Below, piece after piece: positions 42,600 to 52,280 of a stretch of 64,000 nucleotides of DNA. Position numbers and translations under genes: made by a program. The notes beneath the pieces are model-generated. The model saw only the letters and a list, made by a program, of their open reading frames with translations. It made no database searches and had not been told where the DNA came from. The DNA comes from Candidatus Hodarchaeota archaeon. Lineage in GTDB: Archaea; Asgardarchaeota; Lokiarchaeia; Sigyniarchaeales; SOKP01. Location: assembly GCA_048886685.1 (NCBI GenBank), contig JBHLKM010000015.1, positions 49,073 through 113,072 of the forward strand. Reading direction: 5' to 3'. Numbering within the stretch: the stretch's first letter is position 1; every line of letters begins with the position of its first letter.

Positions 42600-45500
42600 T
42601 TGACAGAAAATTTATATTTTAAGAGAAAAAAAAAAAGGATTCTCTTGATTTCCTTTATTTTCATTTTTAACTTAATTTCAATAATCTTCCTACCAAGCAG
42701 TGTTATAATTATAAAAGATATAAAGAAGAGTTTTGATAATGTAATCGATGATAATACTTTTTTTATTCAAACTTCTTCAGGTGGTCCTCCTAATAGAGCC
42801 TATTTTAAATATTATAAAGTAATAACAATTGATAATGCAAAGGTCTCTGGTTCAGGAAACCATAAAAATTATCCTGTGTTAATTTCCCTATTTGATTCAG
42901 ATTTACATGATAATGTCCAACTAAATGGCGAAGATATTGCTTTTTCTAACGATACAGCATGGTTGGATCACGAACTAGAACTATTTAAAAAGGATTATAA
43001 TGGAACACACGCTCATTTGGTAACATGGGTAAGAATTCCTTCGTTATCCACTTCAACAGATACCAAATTCTATATGTATTATAGCAACTCCACTATGGGG
43101 GCTCGGGAGAATCCATCTGGCGTATGGGAAGGCAACTTCAAGGGAGTGTGGCATCTATCAGAAGACCCAACAGGAACAATCTATGATTCAACCTCCAACA
43201 ACAATGATGGTACATCCCAAGGTGTTATGACTTCAGGTGACCAAGTAGATGGTCAAATCGATGGAAGTTTGGATTTTGATGGAAATGATGATAATATTAG
43301 GATAACTGATGCTGCTAGTTTGGATATTACCTCTGCCATTACGGTTGAAGCATGGGTTAATGGAACGGGAAATTGGTGGAATTCCAAATATCAATATAGG
43401 AAAAAGATAAATATAACAAATAATTACGGCTCTACAGTTGTGGCGAATACTATAGTCAAGTTTACCGCAGACACAGCGACTCTAATTTCAACTGGCAAGC
43501 TTAGAACCGATGAGAAAGACTGGAGGATTGGATATTGGGATGGTTATTCTTGGATTGAGCTAGCAAGAGATGTTTATATTGGATGGGACACATCGAACAC
43601 AGAAACATGGTTTAGATTACAAGCAGATATAACTGATGGAAATTCGGATAACAATTATTATGTATATTATGGATATTCTGATGAGATTGGAACTCCTACA
43701 ACTTTAGGTCTTTCAGAAGGCATTATAAAACAACAACCTGCTGGAGGAATGGGATGGGACAAAGCTATAGATTACATGGATAACATAGAATGGGGACTTG
43801 CCCAAGCATATAGCTATTCACCTTCATACACAAGTTGGTATGTTGTTACAAAAATAAGCTGGTATTGCTCTCACGAAGATAGCACTACTTCCCAATTACT
43901 TGCTGGTTACATTTTTGACGGTATTAACAAGCTAGAGGGTGAGGAAATTACTAATGGAAAAAGTGCTACATTCACAGGGAGTTCAGTTGTCAAAAATGCT
44001 TATAATGATGCGGTATTCTCAAAACCATATCCTCAGCCAGAAAGAGGTAGCACTTACTATATGGCTCTCTTCCCCGATTCTAGTCGTACTGCTTCAATGG
44101 AACCTATTTTTTGGGCTATTGAACTTTCTGCTGGTAATGGAGCTTATTGGGTAATAAGATCGGGAACTTGGACTTTATGGGGAAGTAATGGAGATTTTAA
44201 ATATCAACTCTATGGATATGAAGCCCCAAATAATGACTGTGTAGCCTCTCTTGGCTTAGAAGAACAAAATGGAATCAATAAAGGGAATGCCCCTTCTCTT
44301 GCCTTTGATAATTCAAATGTTGCAGGGCTTATAAATAATAAAGTTATATTCGCCAATATTGGAGCTGGTTGGAATTATGTAGTCTTAACTTACGATGGCA
44401 CTAATCAAACATTATATGTCGATGGGGAATTAAGGGAGACCTCAGCACTCACTGGAGCTATAAACACAAATATCAATGACTTAATCATCGGAGATTTCTT
44501 CAATGGTATAATTGATGAAGTCCGCATTTCCAGTATTGCACGTTCTGCTGATTGGATTAAGACAGAATTCAACAACCATCATGAACCAAATCGTTTTTAT
44601 TCTGTTGGCAATTCCACCATGGTTGACAATATTCCCCCAAAATTTTCAAATTTAAGCGAAAGTTCAGATCCTCTAGAATTAGGTGATACTGAAATTATTA
44701 CGATAAACGTTACCGATCTATTTGGGATTAACCAAGTTTTGATAGAAAATGAAGGGGGTAACCACTCAATGACAAACATTGTGGGAGATCTGTGGCAATA
44801 TGACTCTTGGACTCCTGCAAATTTAGGTAATTATACATACACGATTTATATGGAAGATATTAACCACAATTGGAATTCTACTAGTGGCTCGATCAGAGTA
44901 GTTGATACTACGCCGCCAACCTATTCAAATTTAATAGAAAGTGCTGATCCTTTAAAATTAGGACAAAATGAAACGATAACCATTAAAGTTTATGATTCTC
45001 CAGGTTCAGGAGTGAACCAAACGATATTAGAATATGAATCATTGAATTATACGATGATATTTATGGGTGAAGAAACGTGGAATTGGAATAACTGGAAACC
45101 AACTTCCGAAGGACTCTTTCCTTATAAAATATACATGCAAGATATGCAAAATAATTGGAATGTAACAAATGGTAGCATTACTGTAATAACTACAACTGCG
45201 CCTGTTATAGAAAATCTGACCGAAAGTGCAGATCCTTTAGAATTGGGAAATAATATTACCATTGCTGTAGATGTATCTGATAATGAAACTAGCGTATCAT
45301 CAGTGCTAATCGAATTAGAGGGCGTAAATTATACAATGAGTAATATTGGAGGAAATACTTACGAATATAACTGGACGAGAAGCTTGGTTGGAATTGTTGT
45401 GTATACAATTTATGCAAATGATACAGGAAATAATTGGAATAAAATAACTAGTAGTTTTGATATTGTAGACACAACACCACCTTCTTTTACAGATCAAATT

Positions 45501-47450
45501 GAGAGTCAAAATCCATTAGAACTTGGAAATACTGAAGTAATATCTATTAATGCTACAGATCTAACTGGTATTAAACAAATAAAAATCGAATTTGAAGGAA
45601 GTAATCACTCGATGTCAAATATCGGTGGAGACACTTGGCAATATAATCTTTGGATGCCCTCTACTACAGGAAATTACTTCTACACGATTTGGATCGAAGA
45701 TAATAATAACAACTGGAATTTTTCTTTAGGTTCAATTATAGTTCAAGATACAATAGCACCTTTTTATTCAAATTTAACGAAAAGTGCTGATCCCGTGGAA
45801 TTAGGGACTATTTTAATCATAAATATTAATATTACTGATTTATCTAACATCAAACGAGCTTTAATAGAATTTGAAGGTTCTAACCACTCAATGATAAATA
45901 TTGGTGGAGATTTATGGCAATACGACTCTTGGATGCCTAACAAAATAGGTAACTATTCATACACGATTCATATGGAAGATAATAACAATAATTGGAACTC
46001 CACTAGTGGTTCAATAATTTTCCAAGATACAATTTCACCGGTTTATTCAAATTTATTTGAAAGCGCAGATCCTTTAGAATTAGGTGAAAGCATACTTATC
46101 AGAATTGATACTAATGATTTTGCAGGTATCAACCAATCTTTAATAGAATTTGAAGGATCAAATCATACTATGATTAATATCTATGGAAATACATGGCAAT
46201 ATGATTCCTGGACTCCAAATAATTGGATTATTTACCAATATAAAATTTATATCGAAGATAATAGCGGTAATTGGAATTTTACGAATGGCAATATTACAGT
46301 TTATGACACCACGCCCCCACTTCCACCTGTTATAACTATGGCTCCAAGCGGAGATGTCAGCGGGATTTTAACATTTGATTGGATAGATGGTTTTGATCCA
46401 TCAGGTATATCTTATTATATCTTAATTATTGATAATGAACCCGACCCGTTTATTACACCTGGATATGTATTTATATTTAATATTACAAATATAAGCCCTG
46501 AAAGCAGCTATTGTGAATTACCCGAAACTCTTCCGCAAGGAAAATATTATTATTTCCTAGCTCAAGTAGATGGGTTAGGACATCAAAGTAGCTATACTAC
46601 AGGAACATTTACTGTTGTCTCAACTAATAATAATCTTATGATTTATATCATTATTGGAATAACATTAATGAGTATAATTGGTTTAGTCTCTACCGCAATT
46701 ATAGTGAAAAAAAGAACGAAAAAAGATGTACTCCCTCAGAAAGAAAAGATTCCTTTTAAAATAGTAATTTCCCATATAAATAACATTTCAAGTTCGCAAT
46801 TTATTTCTGAAAAAGAAGGATCTAAGAAAAAATTAATAAAAAAAGAAACCGATAAAACATTTTGGGATGAAGAATTTCTAGATGAAAAAGAATTAGGCAA
46901 CCGATTAAATGAAATTAGATTATTAGGAGAAGAATTATTTGCTGATGGAGCTTATCTAGAAGCTCAAAAACAATTTGAGGAAGCTGAAAAACTGCTTTTG
47001 AAATTTAATAAAAAAGAAGAAGCATCTTTATATTCAGATTTAATTGCTGGAATTCAAGGATTAATTGAAGAAAGGGAAAGCAGATTGGCAAAGTTAGAAC
47101 AGGAAAAATTAGAGGGTAATTCCATGAATATCTTTAATTTGTATTATGATATAATTGAAATCTCAAGAAAGTTAAAAGATGCTGATGGTGTAAGTATGTA
47201 TCAGTCCGAATTGATTCAATTATTAAGAGATGGTAAAGTTGAATTTACAGATTTAGAATATCAAAGATTGAATTTAGAGGACCAAGCAAATGCATTACTT
47301 AATGATAATCTTTTTGAAAGAGCAGCTAAAATTTTTGAAAAATGTGAAAAAATTTCTCACTTTTTAGTTCGATCTGGAAACGATCCAGAGAAAACTAATT
47401 TAGAAAAATTTAGAAACAAAAAAAATGAATGTCTAAAGAAAACCAAATAA
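42600..47450 (+). CDS. Large membrane-anchored surface protein: DUF2341/LamG-like, six Ig-like repeats, TM helix, helical cytoplasmic tail
   Basis: N-terminal hydrophobic helix, WVRIP…YMYY, GIIDEVRIS, six ~93-aa ESADPLELG repeats, TM IYIIIGITL…KKR. Confidence 0.85.
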   Translation: MTENLYFKRKKKRILLISFIFIFNLISIIFLPSSVIIIKDIKKSFDNVIDDNTFFIQTSSGGPPNRAYFKYYKVITIDNAKVSGSGNHKNYPVLISLFDSDLHDNVQLNGEDIAFSNDTAWLDHELELFKKDYNGTHAHLVTWVRIPSLSTSTDTKFYMYYSNSTMGARENPSGVWEGNFKGVWHLSEDPTGTIYDSTSNNNDGTSQGVMTSGDQVDGQIDGSLDFDGNDDNIRITDAASLDITSAITVEAWVNGTGNWWNSKYQYRKKINITNNYGSTVVANTIVKFTADTATLISTGKLRTDEKDWRIGYWDGYSWIELARDVYIGWDTSNTETWFRLQADITDGNSDNNYYVYYGYSDEIGTPTTLGLSEGIIKQQPAGGMGWDKAIDYMDNIEWGLAQAYSYSPSYTSWYVVTKISWYCSHEDSTTSQLLAGYIFDGINKLEGEEITNGKSATFTGSSVVKNAYNDAVFSKPYPQPERGSTYYMALFPDSSRTASMEPIFWAIELSAGNGAYWVIRSGTWTLWGSNGDFKYQLYGYEAPNNDCVASLGLEEQNGINKGNAPSLAFDNSNVAGLINNKVIFANIGAGWNYVVLTYDGTNQTLYVDGELRETSALTGAINTNINDLIIGDFFNGIIDEVRISSIARSADWIKTEFNNHHEPNRFYSVGNSTMVDNIPPKFSNLSESSDPLELGDTEIITINVTDLFGINQVLIENEGGNHSMTNIVGDLWQYDSWTPANLGNYTYTIYMEDINHNWNSTSGSIRVVDTTPPTYSNLIESADPLKLGQNETITIKVYDSPGSGVNQTILEYESLNYTMIFMGEETWNWNNWKPTSEGLFPYKIYMQDMQNNWNVTNGSITVITTTAPVIENLTESADPLELGNNITIAVDVSDNETSVSSVLIELEGVNYTMSNIGGNTYEYNWTRSLVGIVVYTIYANDTGNNWNKITSSFDIVDTTPPSFTDQIESQNPLELGNTEVISINATDLTGIKQIKIEFEGSNHSMSNIGGDTWQYNLWMPSTTGNYFYTIWIEDNNNNWNFSLGSIIVQDTIAPFYSNLTKSADPVELGTILIININITDLSNIKRALIEFEGSNHSMINIGGDLWQYDSWMPNKIGNYSYTIHMEDNNNNWNSTSGSIIFQDTISPVYSNLFESADPLELGESILIRIDTNDFAGINQSLIEFEGSNHTMINIYGNTWQYDSWTPNNWIIYQYKIYIEDNSGNWNFTNGNITVYDTTPPLPPVITMAPSGDVSGILTFDWIDGFDPSGISYYILIIDNEPDPFITPGYVFIFNITNISPESSYCELPETLPQGKYYYFLAQVDGLGHQSSYTTGTFTVVSTNNNLMIYIIIGITLMSIIGLVSTAIIVKKRTKKDVLPQKEKIPFKIVISHINNISSSQFISEKEGSKKKLIKKETDKTFWDEEFLDEKELGNRLNEIRLLGEELFADGAYLEAQKQFEEAEKLLLKFNKKEEASLYSDLIAGIQGLIEERESRLAKLEQEKLEGNSMNIFNLYYDIIEISRKLKDADGVSMYQSELIQLLRDGKVEFTDLEYQRLNLEDQANALLNDNLFERAAKIFEKCEKISHFLVRSGNDPEKTNLEKFRNKKNECLKKTK

Positions 47451-47527
47451 TCGATAAAGCAAACATTACTCACATGTTTTATTTGTTATTAACAACAGGA
47501 CCTCCTGGGCCTCCTCCAGAACCATTT

Positions 47528-47640
47528 CGATTTTAAGAAGTTGCATAATCAATGGGGATATCTCATCTAATACTTCTGGATTATTATAGATAGATAGTAC
47601 CTCTAAGAGAAGATCACACAATGAGACAATCGATAAATGA
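47528..47640 (-). pseudogene. Internal fragment of a TPR gene paralogous to 60531..62573
   Basis: Closely similar to about 61235-61347 (cgattttaagaagttg…taagagaagatcacacaatg). Confidence 0.85.
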
Positions 47641-47775
47641 GAAAGAATAAAAAAACACTAGAACATTTCTTAGCACAAACTCTTACTATTGAAAGTGAAG
47701 ACCAAGAATGTTGGCAAATATAAAGAATTTGAAATTATCTTAAAATTTAAGTCAAAGAAATAATAAAAAAATTGG

Positions 47776-47911
47776 AAAATCTTTGCTCACGAACATACTC
47801 CTTTTTTACCATTCCAAATACTTCCGCAATCCCTCAAGCCCTAAGCCTGAACCTTGTGCTCCCCTTTCGACTTCCACACACTCGTGCTATTGAGAGTAGC
47901 AGGCTAAATAG
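47776..47911. repeat. Repeat B1: copy of the 23S rRNA 3' tip plus trailer
   Basis: 47831-47911 matches 63881-63961 at 80/81 nt; also gctcacgaacatactcctt. Confidence 0.95.
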
Positions 47912-48785
47912 ATTTTTTCAGCTTTTTACTAAGAAAAATTACTACAATAAATGAAATACTAAGTAGTGAAAATAGACTATATCCTGGAATTCTTTCGGTA
48001 GTCTTAAGTTGAATTGTTATCGAAAATTCTTCTGTAATATAATTTTCTTTGCTAATGGTGATAATTCCCGTAAGAGTATTTGAAGTCATCATATGTGTAG
48101 GGTAATTAAGTATGTATGTACCATTAGAAGTTTCAGTAAAATCATAAGAAGAGTCCCCTATTGTCAGTATAATAGTAGCATTTAATACAGGAATACCTCC
48201 TCGAGTAGGATCAGTCAAGTTAATTCCAATAGGGACCACACGACCTTTAGCAACGCTTATTTGATTATTCTTAAAATTACTACTCAAAGAATATTCAAGA
48301 ACCCTTTTCATAATTATTAAAAGAACAGTCGCATTTTTTGAATCGTAGTTCTCTTTATCAAAAGTTGCAATTATCTCATACGTTCCAACATCTCTCGTTT
48401 CAGTCTCGAAATCTAACACATAATGATGATTCCCAGTTTCAATAAGAAATCCGCTGCCGCTGTCAATGGTTTCATTCAGATTGTTAAATTGCTTCCAAGA
48501 ATAAGAGGCATTACTTAATCCTGTTAATGGGACACCTGATTCATTTGTATAGGTAAATGTAAAATTAACAGCATCCCAAATAAAGATGTTCGTATCTAAG
48601 TGGAATTCTGAACTCTCATTTATAAGAGTTGGTAAGTCTGCTGAATATTCTGGTATCTCTATCTTAAAATTCATAAAACTGCCATTTATATTCGGTTGTC
48701 TTAAGTCTTTTAAATACACTAAACTTATGACATTGATAAAAAGAGATATCAGAATTATTGTTCTTAATTTCTTATTTAATTTCAC
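47904..48785 (-). CDS. Secreted Ig-like surface protein with IPGY-TM-basic C-terminal anchor
   Basis: Signal-like N-terminus; C-terminus RIPGYSLFSLLSISFIVVIFLSKKLKKSI. Confidence 0.8.
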   Translation of the reverse strand: MKLNKKLRTIILISLFINVISLVYLKDLRQPNINGSFMNFKIEIPEYSADLPTLINESSEFHLDTNIFIWDAVNFTFTYTNESGVPLTGLSNASYSWKQFNNLNETIDSGSGFLIETGNHHYVLDFETETRDVGTYEIIATFDKENYDSKNATVLLIIMKRVLEYSLSSNFKNNQISVAKGRVVPIGINLTDPTRGGIPVLNATIILTIGDSSYDFTETSNGTYILNYPTHMMTSNTLTGIITISKENYITEEFSITIQLKTTERIPGYSLFSLLSISFIVVIFLSKKLKKSI

Positions 48786-48845
48786 CTTATTTTCGCCTAA
48801 TCCTATTTCTAAATAATCTAAATTATATTAGATCCGCTTATTATT

Positions 48846-49046
48846 TTAAGTTATGAAAATTCTATAGTTCTTCAAATCAATATTTATTACACTTATGTAA
48901 AAAGGACAAATAGTATTTAATGTCTTTGACATTAAAATCATATCAATAATTATGAAAAATCCACCAAAAACGACAAACAAATACCTTATAGTCCTGTATT
49001 TTCTTGGAATAAGATATAGTAGAAGTTCCGCCATTTTTGATTTCAC
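48846..49046 (-). CDS. Small hypothetical membrane protein or fragment
   Basis: 66 aa with one TM segment; weak support. Confidence 0.35.
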   Translation of the reverse strand: MKSKMAELLLYLIPRKYRTIRYLFVVFGGFFIIIDMILMSKTLNTICPFYISVINIDLKNYRIFIT

Positions 49047-49150
49047 TCAAATTATATTAGATGTACTAATAAAATGTAATTTGGAAGTAAGTAATAATTA
49101 AGCTAAATTCCTTTTTAAATATATATTTCAATTAACACTCTTAGTCTGAA

Positions 49151-49204
49151 CAATTTACCACCATTTATGTTCAATTTACCATTATTTATGATAAATTTAC
49201 TACT
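49151..49204. promoter_or_regulatory. Three AATTTAC direct repeats with 21-bp period
   Basis: caatttaccaccatttatgtt / caatttaccattatttatgat / aaatttactact upstream of 49269. Confidence 0.6.
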
Positions 49205-49268
49205 AAACTAAGGAGAAACATTTTTATTATGGAACGATGTTGATTTTTATTATTTCAGTGAGAATAAG

Positions 49269-50345
49269 ATGAGAAAATCTGGAGAAATTCGAGTAATAAT
49301 ATTACTATTATTAGGAATACTGTTTGCTTTTTTACCAAAATTTACCACCAATCTTAATTTTAAAAACTCAGAGTGTAATGATAATATAAGTTTAGATAAT
49401 GAAAATTTGAAAATTTCAAAAATATCAGGAAAAATTCATATTGATGATACCAATCCAAGTATGAACTGGTCTGTTGCGAGAGATGCGGGAATTTGCATAG
49501 GGAATGGCACTTATTCTGAGCCGTATGTCATAGAGGATTTAGTAATAAACGGCGTTGGTTCAGGAGATTGCATTTTAATCGAAAATTCGGATGTATACTT
49601 TAGGATTGAAAATTGTACGGTCTACAATTCTGGGATTTACCCTCTTAGTGGAATCTTGGAACCTTGGTATCATTTTGCAGGAATCCGATTAGAAAATGTA
49701 AACAATTCTTTATTACTTGATAATGATTGTTCCTCTAACAATGATGGAATACACGTAGCTGGTTTTAATAACACCATTTCGGGAAATACCGCAAATAACA
49801 ATATTAATGGGTCTGGAATATTTGTAGATGGTTTTAAAAACACCGTTGAGGGAAATACCGCAAATAACAATGATTTTCCTGGGATATGGTTAGGTGGATA
49901 TAATTCCACGGTTTCAGGAAATACTGCAATGAATAATAGTTTCGCAGGTATTGGGATAATGTTAATGAATTGTTATTACAACAATGTTTCTGGAAATACC
50001 GCAGCTATACAATTATTTGATAGCGATTATAACAATGTTTCTGGAAATACTGGAGCTGGAATAGCCTTGTTTGCTAGCGATTATAACACTATTTCAGGAA
50101 ATACTGCAAGTTATAGGATAATTTTAGATGAAAGCGATTATAATACCATTTCTGGCAACGAAGCATGTTGGGAGGAACGTGGTGACTGTGAAGGAAACGT
50201 ATTTAGCGATAACAATGGACCTTGTCCCCCGCCTAAAGAAGGAATTCCAATTGAATTAATAATTTTAATTTCGGTTCTTAGCGGGGGGGCAGTGATAGGG
50301 CTAACAACGATTCTGTTAATTAGACACAAAAGGAAAAGAATTTAA
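49269..50345 (+). CDS. NosD/CASH right-handed beta-helix surface protein with C-terminal TM anchor
   Basis: GNGTYSEPYVIEDLVI, repeated NTISGNTA units, C-terminal TM plus basic tail. Confidence 0.88.
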   Translation: MRKSGEIRVIILLLLGILFAFLPKFTTNLNFKNSECNDNISLDNENLKISKISGKIHIDDTNPSMNWSVARDAGICIGNGTYSEPYVIEDLVINGVGSGDCILIENSDVYFRIENCTVYNSGIYPLSGILEPWYHFAGIRLENVNNSLLLDNDCSSNNDGIHVAGFNNTISGNTANNNINGSGIFVDGFKNTVEGNTANNNDFPGIWLGGYNSTVSGNTAMNNSFAGIGIMLMNCYYNNVSGNTAAIQLFDSDYNNVSGNTGAGIALFASDYNTISGNTASYRIILDESDYNTISGNEACWEERGDCEGNVFSDNNGPCPPPKEGIPIELIILISVLSGGAVIGLTTILLIRHKRKRI

Positions 50346-50390
50346 TAGTATATTTTTTTTTAAATATCTCCCTACTTTAATTAATACAAC

Positions 50391-50448
50391 TTTTTCAAAG
50401 GAATTTTCATTGAAATCAGACGCTGAATTTACCTTTCCATTCCAATTT
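50391..50448 (+). repeat. Repeat A copy 4 (full)
   Basis: tttttcaaaggaattttcattgaaatcagacgctgaatttacctttccattccaattt. Confidence 0.97.
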
Positions 50449-50467
50449 CAAAGGAAATCTTCTTTAA

Positions 50468-51259
50468 CTATTTTTTCCCATAAATAATTGACGAACCACC
50501 AATTTTCGTCACTTTCTCCTGACTTTTTTGAATTATTTTTTCTACAACACCAGATATAATATCTTTCTGTAATTTTTTACATCCCAATATAACATCTTCT
50601 TCTGTTAAGAAGGAAAAAGTTGAAATACTATCCCTATACTTTCTTTTCAAATAGGATTCTGGTGTCTCATTTATCACTACCTCATCTTGAAAACATATAT
50701 CAAAATCTACATTTGAAAACCCAACATTTTCAAGAAGTTTAGTAATCTCTCCTACATCAGGAATTCTTGTTAAGTCCACATTAAGACCTTTTGGAAAGTA
50801 GTGATAAAACCAGAATGCTCGCATTTGTGTATGAGAACAAGAATGTATTGCTATATATGCTTCTTTCCGAAGTATACGATAGGCTTCTCTTAAGAAAGAA
50901 TTTTTGTTTTTAACATGATGGAGTACTTGGATTGCAAATATCCCATCAAAAGTTTCAGAATTGAAAGGAAGATTTTTAATATTACCATATATAAAATTTA
51001 ACATAGGATATTTCATATGAGCTTGTTTAATCATATCTATGGATATATCAATTCCGATGATGAATTGTGTTATTTGTTGCAGTGCTGCTGTATAATTTCC
51101 AGTGCCACTACCCATATCAAGAATTATTGAGTTTTGATCTATATGTAATAATTTAATCAACTTTTCTACTGTTTCACTATTTGAAGCCCTGCTTATATCG
51201 TAGATTTGACTTATTTTTTCATAACTAATAGATTTATTATATTTCCCCATATAACTCAT
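50468..51259 (-). CDS. Class I SAM-dependent methyltransferase (type 11)
   Basis: ILDMGSGTGNY, LPFNSETFD, VLHH. Confidence 0.9.
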   Translation of the reverse strand: MSYMGKYNKSISYEKISQIYDISRASNSETVEKLIKLLHIDQNSIILDMGSGTGNYTAALQQITQFIIGIDISIDMIKQAHMKYPMLNFIYGNIKNLPFNSETFDGIFAIQVLHHVKNKNSFLREAYRILRKEAYIAIHSCSHTQMRAFWFYHYFPKGLNVDLTRIPDVGEITKLLENVGFSNVDFDICFQDEVVINETPESYLKRKYRDSISTFSFLTEEDVILGCKKLQKDIISGVVEKIIQKSQEKVTKIGGSSIIYGKK

Positions 51260-51302
51260 TATTTTAAGTTTTATCTATGACACATATAAAGCAGTTTTTC
51301 AA

Positions 51303-52022
51303 TTAATAAACTATTTTAATCAAATCTTTTAGACTAGTTATTTTTTTAGCATATTTAATAGCGATACTGTCGTGATATGATAATTCATGTTTAGCAGTAT
51401 TTTGACGTTCAATTAAAATGGGAGATATATTAGCATTATATGCCGCTTCTACATCTTCAATCGTATCTCCAATATAGCAAACTTCAGAGGGTTGTAATTT
51501 TGTTTGCTTTAAAGCAAAAGAAAGGATTTGAGGATTTGGTTTCTTAACTCCTACCTCACCTGAAATTACAATTGAATCAAAAAAGTCCCTAAGCTCCAAT
51601 TTTGTTAATAAGGAATTCACGTGAGGTGGGTGATCAAAATTAGTTATTAAAGCAAGAATTTTGTCTTTTTTCAATATTTTTAAAATTGGAATTGCATTTG
51701 GATCTAAGGTTATATATTTTTGCCAAGTATTGAGACCCTTATCAGCTGCTAATCGTATCTCGTCATCTTCCAATTTTAAACCTATTTCAATACTTAAATC
51801 ATAAATTTTGTTTTCAAATATCGTTAAATGTTCTTTTTTAATTGGATTCTTAGCCTTAACAACAAATAGGTCCCACTTTAAATTAAATGATTTTTTTGAT
51901 ATTTTTAAGCCTAAATTTCTTAAGTATCTGTATATTTCTAAAAGCCCGTCCTCCTGTGACCTTTCCAAATCATTATAAATCAATAGTGTTCCATAAAGAT
52001 CAAAAAATACTCCTTTTATCAT
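51303..52022 (-). CDS. HAD-superfamily hydrolase
   Basis: FDLYGTL, LITN, KPNP, YIGDTIEDV. Confidence 0.92.
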   Translation of the reverse strand: MIKGVFFDLYGTLLIYNDLERSQEDGLLEIYRYLRNLGLKISKKSFNLKWDLFVVKAKNPIKKEHLTIFENKIYDLSIEIGLKLEDDEIRLAADKGLNTWQKYITLDPNAIPILKILKKDKILALITNFDHPPHVNSLLTKLELRDFFDSIVISGEVGVKKPNPQILSFALKQTKLQPSEVCYIGDTIEDVEAAYNANISPILIERQNTAKHELSYHDSIAIKYAKKITSLKDLIKIVY

Positions 52023-52196
52023 TGTCTTTCTATATAGATGATTCTTTCCTTATTAAATTATAAATTAGCTATATAAATATTATTAAAAATAACGATATTA
52101 AAGTGTGAGGAATAAATAATTAAGACTTTAAATCATAAAGTTAATATTTTTTAGAAAACTTTTTCGATTCCGAATCTTTCTTGATTTTACTTTGTG

Positions 52197-52280
52197 TTTT
52201 CAAAGGAATTTTCATTGAAATCAGACGCTGAATTTACCTTTCCATCCAATTTTCACAGAAAATTGGGACAAAATTAAAAA
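52197..52280 (+). repeat. Repeat A copy 5 with extended right flank
   Basis: ttttcaaaggaattttcattgaaatcagacgctgaatttacctttccatccaattttcacagaaaattgggacaaaattaaaaa. Confidence 0.97.

Noticed and set aside
47772-47954. 60-aa plus-strand ORF
   Set aside because: It is the antisense reading of the rRNA-trailer repeat B1.
48820-49062. 14-bp direct repeat aaattatattagat flanking a small ORF as a target-site duplication
   Set aside because: Very AT-rich with no terminal inverted repeats or transposase; chance or a shared promoter element is equally likely.
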